A stretch of DNA of 64,000 nucleotides from IMG/VR virus record IMGVR_UViG_3300035208_002115; one strand, written 5' to 3'. The DNA comes from a virus. Its lineage: Duplodnaviria > Caudoviricetes. The position numbers and the translations under genes are program-made. Below the pieces are notes generated by a model. It was not told the origin of the DNA. It saw only the letters and a list, made by a program, of their open reading frames with translations, and did no database searches. This document shows, one piece after another, positions 58,914-64,000 of this stretch (its first letter is position 1; every line of letters begins with the position of its first letter).

Positions 58914-59373
58914 TAATATATCTGAGGAACAAATAATGGTCATTGCAAAAGCATTGGATACTTATTGTAGACTTGGCCTGTTACAATTAGACCATGCAAT
59001 CATTGATGATATACGTTTTGGTGAAAATTTTGATTTTACAAAAAATCTAACAGCTATTGATAATCATATAACTGAAATAAAAAGATTAATTATACAAAAC
59101 AATTCCAAGGAATCAATAAAAGAAGCATCGTTGTTAGGTGATTTGAGAGGCTGGAGTTTGGGTATAACCAGTGATGGTGTACCTGAAAATGCTCTTAGAG
59201 CATATGAAATGAGTAAAGCTATTTATCATAAACGGTGGAAAGAAAATCCACCAAAACATTATTCTGTTGATGGTAATGAAGGTTTAAAGTTGACATCTGA
59301 TATGAGTATAGTTGTTGAAAGTGAGTCTGAAAGACAAGTTAAAATAAAAAATATATTAAATGATGCTGTTTAA
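58879..59373 (+). CDS. hypothetical protein, C-terminal RxxKI motif family
   Basis: ends ERQVKIKNILNDAV. Confidence 0.65.
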   Translation: MKKKQRMIYSINNISEEQIMVIAKALDTYCRLGLLQLDHAIIDDIRFGENFDFTKNLTAIDNHITEIKRLIIQNNSKESIKEASLLGDLRGWSLGITSDGVPENALRAYEMSKAIYHKRWKENPPKHYSVDGNEGLKLTSDMSIVVESESERQVKIKNILNDAV

Positions 59374-59447
59374 TTTTTTTTTATAATAAATTATGAATAT
59401 TTTTGGTGAATTAATTGAAAGATTAAAACAATTGAAAAAAGATAAAA

Positions 59448-61151
59448 ATGGCTGAAGAACTTAACAATACGGGAGAACATCTATCACCAATAGAGATAGA
59501 AGATATATCATCTAAGGCACAAGTAGCTAAAGTGGTATCTGATATCATTCTTACTATTACAGGTCAACAAAAAGTTATTAAACGTAACATAATTCACCCA
59601 AAATTTGAGGCTGCAAATATTGAAATGCTTTCAACTGGTAATTTACCTTATTATGGTGAATTTAATTTGTTTGTTAATTTTCATGAAGCTAATATTGGCA
59701 CATGTGGTGTAAATGTTACCAGTACTGGTATGCACTTTTATTGGGATAGAGGGTTTGTAGATTCGTTAGAACCTAAAGAAGCCAACTTTTTACTTATTCA
59801 CGAAGATTGTCATTTACTATTTGACCACATTAAAAGAACTGTTGGTTATGACCAAAAATTAGCAAACATAGCCCAAGATATGATTATCAATCAAATCATA
59901 CATGATGATATCATGCAGTCATCTTCTCTGAAAGGTTTCATAACAATACCAGTAAGCCATGATGAATTCATTAAACGACCAGATGGAACATTTGTATTTG
60001 ATAAAAAAGGAAACACAATAAAGAATCCAAATTTTGGTCGTAATACTGCAATGTTTGTACCTAAGAAATATAAAGGTGTATTAATATTTGAAGAATTATA
60101 TGAGTGGTTAGTTGAAGAACTTCAAAAATATAAAGACCGTCAAAGGGGCGGTCAAAATAAAAAACAAAACCAGAATCAACAAAGTAACGGTAACCAAAAT
60201 GGTGACAAAAAAGGTAACCAAGATGGTCAAGGGGGTCAACAACAAGACCCCAATGGTAAAGGTAAACCTAACGGTGATGGTCAAGGTGGCAGTGACCAGC
60301 AAGATGACCAAAGTAATGACGGTAATGGAAACGATGGTCAACAAGATAAGCAAAATGGTAAAGGTAATAAACCTAATAATTGTGGTGAAGGTGGTAATGA
60401 ACCAGATTATGGCAATTACGGACAGAACGACCTTGATATGTGTCATCTTGACAAGATTTTTGAAGACCTCGACACATCTAAAGGTGAAACCTTAGATAGA
60501 CATTTAACTGATGAAGTTCCAGAAGAACTTAGAAAGGAAATCATTCGGGATATAATGGAAAACCTAAAGAGTCGTGGTTTGGAATCTGGTGAAATGGAAT
60601 CTATTCTTCAAAAATTGAGAAAATCAAGAAAAGATTATCTCAAAAAAATTAAGAGAGTTATCACCAACGAAATTTTTGGTTCGATTAAAGAAAAAACCAT
60701 AACTCGACCAAACAGACGTACTATTCAAGGATTAAAAGGTAAGAAAAAATATCAGAACTGTATTAATGCAATTCTTGATACATCTGGTTCTATGAGTGGT
60801 GAGTTTGAAAAGGTTTTGGCGTACATATTCCAGAATGATGTCAATATTAATTTGATTCAAATTGATACCCGTATTCAAGATGTTGTAAAAATAAAGAATA
60901 AAAAAGAACTTGAAAAAATGAGAATTAAAGGTCATGGGGGTACGACTATTCAACCATCTATTGACTATATTGTTGATAAAAAGAATGGACTTAATAAATA
61001 CAATACTATCATTCTGACTGATGGTTGCACTGATAGTTTGAATTTTAAGGGTGTAAAAGGTAAATCTTTAATATTATCAACATCCACAGAATGCCCCATT
61101 GATTATAATAATGGTCGTTTGAAACAAATTATAATTGAAAAGAATAGTTGA
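59448..61151 (+). CDS. metallopeptidase-like plus vWA domain protein (DUF2201-type)
   Basis: HEDCH (HExxH), NIAQDMIIN, Q/N/G/D-rich linker, MIDAS DTSGSM, GGT, LTDG. Confidence 0.85.
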   Translation: MAEELNNTGEHLSPIEIEDISSKAQVAKVVSDIILTITGQQKVIKRNIIHPKFEAANIEMLSTGNLPYYGEFNLFVNFHEANIGTCGVNVTSTGMHFYWDRGFVDSLEPKEANFLLIHEDCHLLFDHIKRTVGYDQKLANIAQDMIINQIIHDDIMQSSSLKGFITIPVSHDEFIKRPDGTFVFDKKGNTIKNPNFGRNTAMFVPKKYKGVLIFEELYEWLVEELQKYKDRQRGGQNKKQNQNQQSNGNQNGDKKGNQDGQGGQQQDPNGKGKPNGDGQGGSDQQDDQSNDGNGNDGQQDKQNGKGNKPNNCGEGGNEPDYGNYGQNDLDMCHLDKIFEDLDTSKGETLDRHLTDEVPEELRKEIIRDIMENLKSRGLESGEMESILQKLRKSRKDYLKKIKRVITNEIFGSIKEKTITRPNRRTIQGLKGKKKYQNCINAILDTSGSMSGEFEKVLAYIFQNDVNINLIQIDTRIQDVVKIKNKKELEKMRIKGHGGTTIQPSIDYIVDKKNGLNKYNTIILTDGCTDSLNFKGVKGKSLILSTSTECPIDYNNGRLKQIIIEKNS

Positions 61152-61176
61152 TATTTAAAAATCTAATTTATTCAAT

Positions 61177-61692
61177 ATGAAAGCATTATATCTTTTAATT
61201 AAATTTTATTTTCGGACACATTTTCCGAGTATGTTTTCACCATATGTTAGTTTAAAACTAATATTAAGAGAAAATATAAATAACACAATCAATGTTATTA
61301 TTGATACATCTGGTTCTTGTATTATGCCAGAGTATAAAATTAGAAATGATTTTTTTAATATTTTATTTTATATTTTAAATAAAAAATATTCAATCAATCT
61401 TATTCAAATAGATACCCAGATAAATTCTATATCGACCTTAAAAGGATTTGAAGATTTATTAAATCTTAAATTAAGTGGTGGTTGTGGTACAAAATTACAA
61501 CCTGCCATAGATTATATTGTTGATTCACGAAACAGATTGAATACAAATTCGACTGTATTATTAACTGATTCATTATTCGATACTTTAAATTTCAAACATT
61601 ATCACAATAATGTCTTGATTGTCGTGGATGAAATAATCGAGAACCGTATAATTGGTAACTCAAAATTTGTTAAACAGGTTTTAAGTAAATAA
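61177..61692 (+). CDS. stand-alone vWA domain protein (paralogue of the previous gene's C-terminus)
   Basis: IIDTSGS, INLIQIDT, QPAIDYIVD, LLTD shared with the 59448 ORF. Confidence 0.8.
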   Translation: MKALYLLIKFYFRTHFPSMFSPYVSLKLILRENINNTINVIIDTSGSCIMPEYKIRNDFFNILFYILNKKYSINLIQIDTQINSISTLKGFEDLLNLKLSGGCGTKLQPAIDYIVDSRNRLNTNSTVLLTDSLFDTLNFKHYHNNVLIVVDEIIENRIIGNSKFVKQVLSK

Positions 61693-61793
61693 ACCTCATT
61701 AATAAAAAATATTAAAATCCGAATTTTTATAAGCTCGGATTTTTTTTATTCATGTATACCTTGTATTTTTGATATGAATTAAAAATATGTGAT

Positions 61794-62192
61794 ATGGAAA
61801 ATATAGAAAATATTTTAAGAAAGATAATCTTTACTGTAATGATTATAGTTGCATCGATATTGATATTTAATCAGTATGATATATCCCACAATCAGAAAAA
61901 AGGAACTACTACCAGTATGTTCAGCCAGATAATATTTAAAGGTGTTCCTAAAATATTCAAAGAAATTTTTAATAGTGGTATTAAGCAAGAAATAAAAGAA
62001 GGATATCAAATAATAAAAACTGATATTAAAGAGGGGAATAATGGTATCTACAATGATGTTGATTCCACTAAAATTAATTTGAAAAAAATAAATAATGAAA
62101 AAAATATTGAAAGTGAAGACGGTCTTGTAAGTGTTGAACCTGCTACTGAAAAAGAATTGAGAGAATATAATATATACATTGAAAAAAATTAA
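61794..62192 (+). CDS. membrane-anchored hypothetical protein
   Basis: N-terminal TM segment. Confidence 0.6.
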   Translation: MENIENILRKIIFTVMIIVASILIFNQYDISHNQKKGTTTSMFSQIIFKGVPKIFKEIFNSGIKQEIKEGYQIIKTDIKEGNNGIYNDVDSTKINLKKINNEKNIESEDGLVSVEPATEKELREYNIYIEKN

Positions 62193-62348
62193 AAACTTTC
62201 TTTAATTTTTACGGTAATAAAATATTATTTACTTTATATTTGTATAGATGAAACACTTTTTAATTATACAATTTTTTTTCCTTAATTATAATACTTAATT
62301 TTATTGCTAATTAAAATAATTAAAATATAACTTCAAATATTAATACTT

Positions 62349-63641
62349 ATGGTTATTAAAGATGCACTAACAATGTTCACGGGGGTCACGAAACCCGAAC
62401 TTTTGAAAAAGATGAACACTCTTAATAAAAAAGAGTTGACTTATTTCAAAATAATGCTTGCTAAGTCTGGTGTGCTGGAAATCCGTTCGAAACCCGGTAT
62501 TGCTAAATCTGCTATCATGAAAGAGGTTGCAGATAAAATGGGATTCAGATTTTTTGATATACGTTTGTCAATGGTCGATGAAACTGATGTTGGTTTATAT
62601 CCCATTGTCACTACAAAAACGGAAAATGATGTAGAAATGAAATTCATTGAACACGTACCACCATTGTGGGCTTATGAAGCAAATCAAAACCCATCTATAA
62701 TTTTCTTCGAGGAAATGAATAGGGCTAATTTAGCTGTTCGTAACGCTGCCCTTCAAATCCTTCTGGAACGTACCATAGGTTATAATTTCAAGTTTAACAA
62801 TAATGTTTTGATGTGTGCCTCTGGTAATCTTGGTGAAGAAGATGGTACAGATGTTGAAGAATATGACTCAGCATTGAACAACCGTCTTATTCATATGAGA
62901 CACGACCTTAATATTAAGGAATGGAAAAGTGGTTTTGCTGATGATTTTGTTCTACCAACCATCGTAAGTTTCTTAACAAGTCACGGTGAACATTATTACA
63001 AAACAAAAGGTGATAAAGAAAATGATGCTATGGCTGCTTATGCAACCCCACGTTCATGGACATTCTTGTCAGATTATATTTTGACTAATTATCCACCAAC
63101 TATTGATACTGATGCACACGGTAATTCATTATTTATCAATGATAAAGAAGAAATCGTTGAAGGTGGAACTAAAGGTGCAATGCCAAAATTGGTTTATCCA
63201 CCTATTAGAGATTGGTTACCTGATATCAAAGAAATTTCGATTAGTTACGTAGGTGCTTCTGCACACAGATTTATTCGCTATTGCGAAGAATCACTCAGGA
63301 TTGGTGTTGATGATGTTATAAATCGTTACCCTGAAATCGCAGAAGACCTTAAACGATTCAACAGGGATAAAAATAGCGAACTTTTGAACGGTCTTAAAAA
63401 GTACAAAATTCCTGATTGGGATAAAAAACAGAGTGAGAATGTTAAAAACTTCCTACTCACCGTTTCTAAGGACGAATTAACTGGTTACCTGATATATGTA
63501 TTGGATGACCATTACCGTCTAAATGATGATAGCAATGACAAGAACACTAAGATTGTCAAAGAATTCATCAAAGACCCAAGGTTCAAAGAGGAATTCAGGA
63601 CTATTTACAAACATTGCGACCATAACAATGAGACTAAATAG
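62349..63641 (+). CDS. MoxR-like AAA+ ATPase
   Basis: SKPGIAKS, DIRLS, FFEEMNRA, ASGN, ALNNR, TPRSW. Confidence 0.85.
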   Translation: MVIKDALTMFTGVTKPELLKKMNTLNKKELTYFKIMLAKSGVLEIRSKPGIAKSAIMKEVADKMGFRFFDIRLSMVDETDVGLYPIVTTKTENDVEMKFIEHVPPLWAYEANQNPSIIFFEEMNRANLAVRNAALQILLERTIGYNFKFNNNVLMCASGNLGEEDGTDVEEYDSALNNRLIHMRHDLNIKEWKSGFADDFVLPTIVSFLTSHGEHYYKTKGDKENDAMAAYATPRSWTFLSDYILTNYPPTIDTDAHGNSLFINDKEEIVEGGTKGAMPKLVYPPIRDWLPDIKEISISYVGASAHRFIRYCEESLRIGVDDVINRYPEIAEDLKRFNRDKNSELLNGLKKYKIPDWDKKQSENVKNFLLTVSKDELTGYLIYVLDDHYRLNDDSNDKNTKIVKEFIKDPRFKEEFRTIYKHCDHNNETK

Positions 63642-63732
63642 ATAGATATTCATACATTCATTATAAAAAAATCTGAATTATTTTTAGTTCGGATTTTTTT
63701 ATTTTATACATTTGGAGAATAAAAATTTATTT

Positions 63733-64000
63733 ATGGAAAATAATTTATTAAAAAATGTTAATGATGTAATTCTAAAACAAATCATTTTCATATCAGAAAA
63801 TTATAAACCTGCTTATTTTTGTGGTAGTATAGCACTTAACACTTTTGGAATAATAAATAGACCAGTCAAGGATATTGATGTGTGTGTTCACCATTCGGAA
63901 GCCGAATCAGCTAAGAGTTATTTTAAATCACTTGAAGATAATAAATGGGATATAATGAAAATTAGGAAACCTCGTAGAAACAATTCTCATATAAGATTTG
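63733..64000 (+). CDS. nucleotidyltransferase-like protein, partial
   Basis: MENNLL...FCGSIAL...RPVKDIDV (GS..DxD); runs off the window end. Confidence 0.55.
   Translation, partial: MENNLLKNVNDVILKQIIFISENYKPAYFCGSIALNTFGIINRPVKDIDVCVHHSEAESAKSYFKSLEDNKWDIMKIRKPRRNNSHIRF

Noticed and set aside
60108-60495. Alternative-frame ORFs and apparent repeats
   Set aside because: Shadow frames of the low-complexity Q/N/G/D linker in the vWA protein; not a DNA repeat array
1-64000. Stop-codon reassignment, as in some large phages
   Set aside because: Recognisable genes are full length in the standard code, TAG and TGA end plausible genes, and no suppressor tRNA was seen

Overview
AT-rich, gene-dense segment of a large (jumbo-type) bacteriophage genome. 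The host is probably a Bacteroidota member: there is a canonical TTTG-N19-TAnnTTTG promoter, and the CRISPR repeat begins like Bacteroidota type II-C repeats. Two linked RNA-based systems stand out at 3.3-10.2 kb. (1) An intact IscB nuclease (PLMP, RuvC-I/II/III, bridge helix, HNH, plus a C4 zinc-finger insert at the REC position) is followed by an 8-repeat CRISPR array. The last repeat runs directly into anti-repeat segments and an omegaRNA/HEARO-like scaffold. This is a phage-borne IscB-CRISPR-omegaRNA system with no cas1/cas2 or tnpA in the window. (2) A cluster of about 17 tRNA genes is preceded by an apparent ribosome-dependent attenuator. The first 17 codons of its 28-aa leader peptide use only the seven amino acids whose tRNAs the cluster encodes. 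The cluster also holds a group I intron in tRNA-Leu(UAA) next to a free-standing HNH endonuclease, atypical tRNAs, and unassigned structured RNAs. The rest encodes RNA-repair enzymes (RNA ligase, HNH-RNA ligase, Thg1-like), DHFR, SbcC/gp46, a DEDDh exonuclease, patatin, radical SAM enzymes, GT25, FkbM, a vWA/MoxR module, and a DeoC homologue lacking its catalytic residues. Two large sets of unrelated small proteins share either an N-terminal MK(H/Y)(L/I)KxF(E)/FxxFxNE motif or a C-terminal RxxK(I/L)xx(L/I) motif. All family assignments come from motifs recognised by eye; no searches were run.
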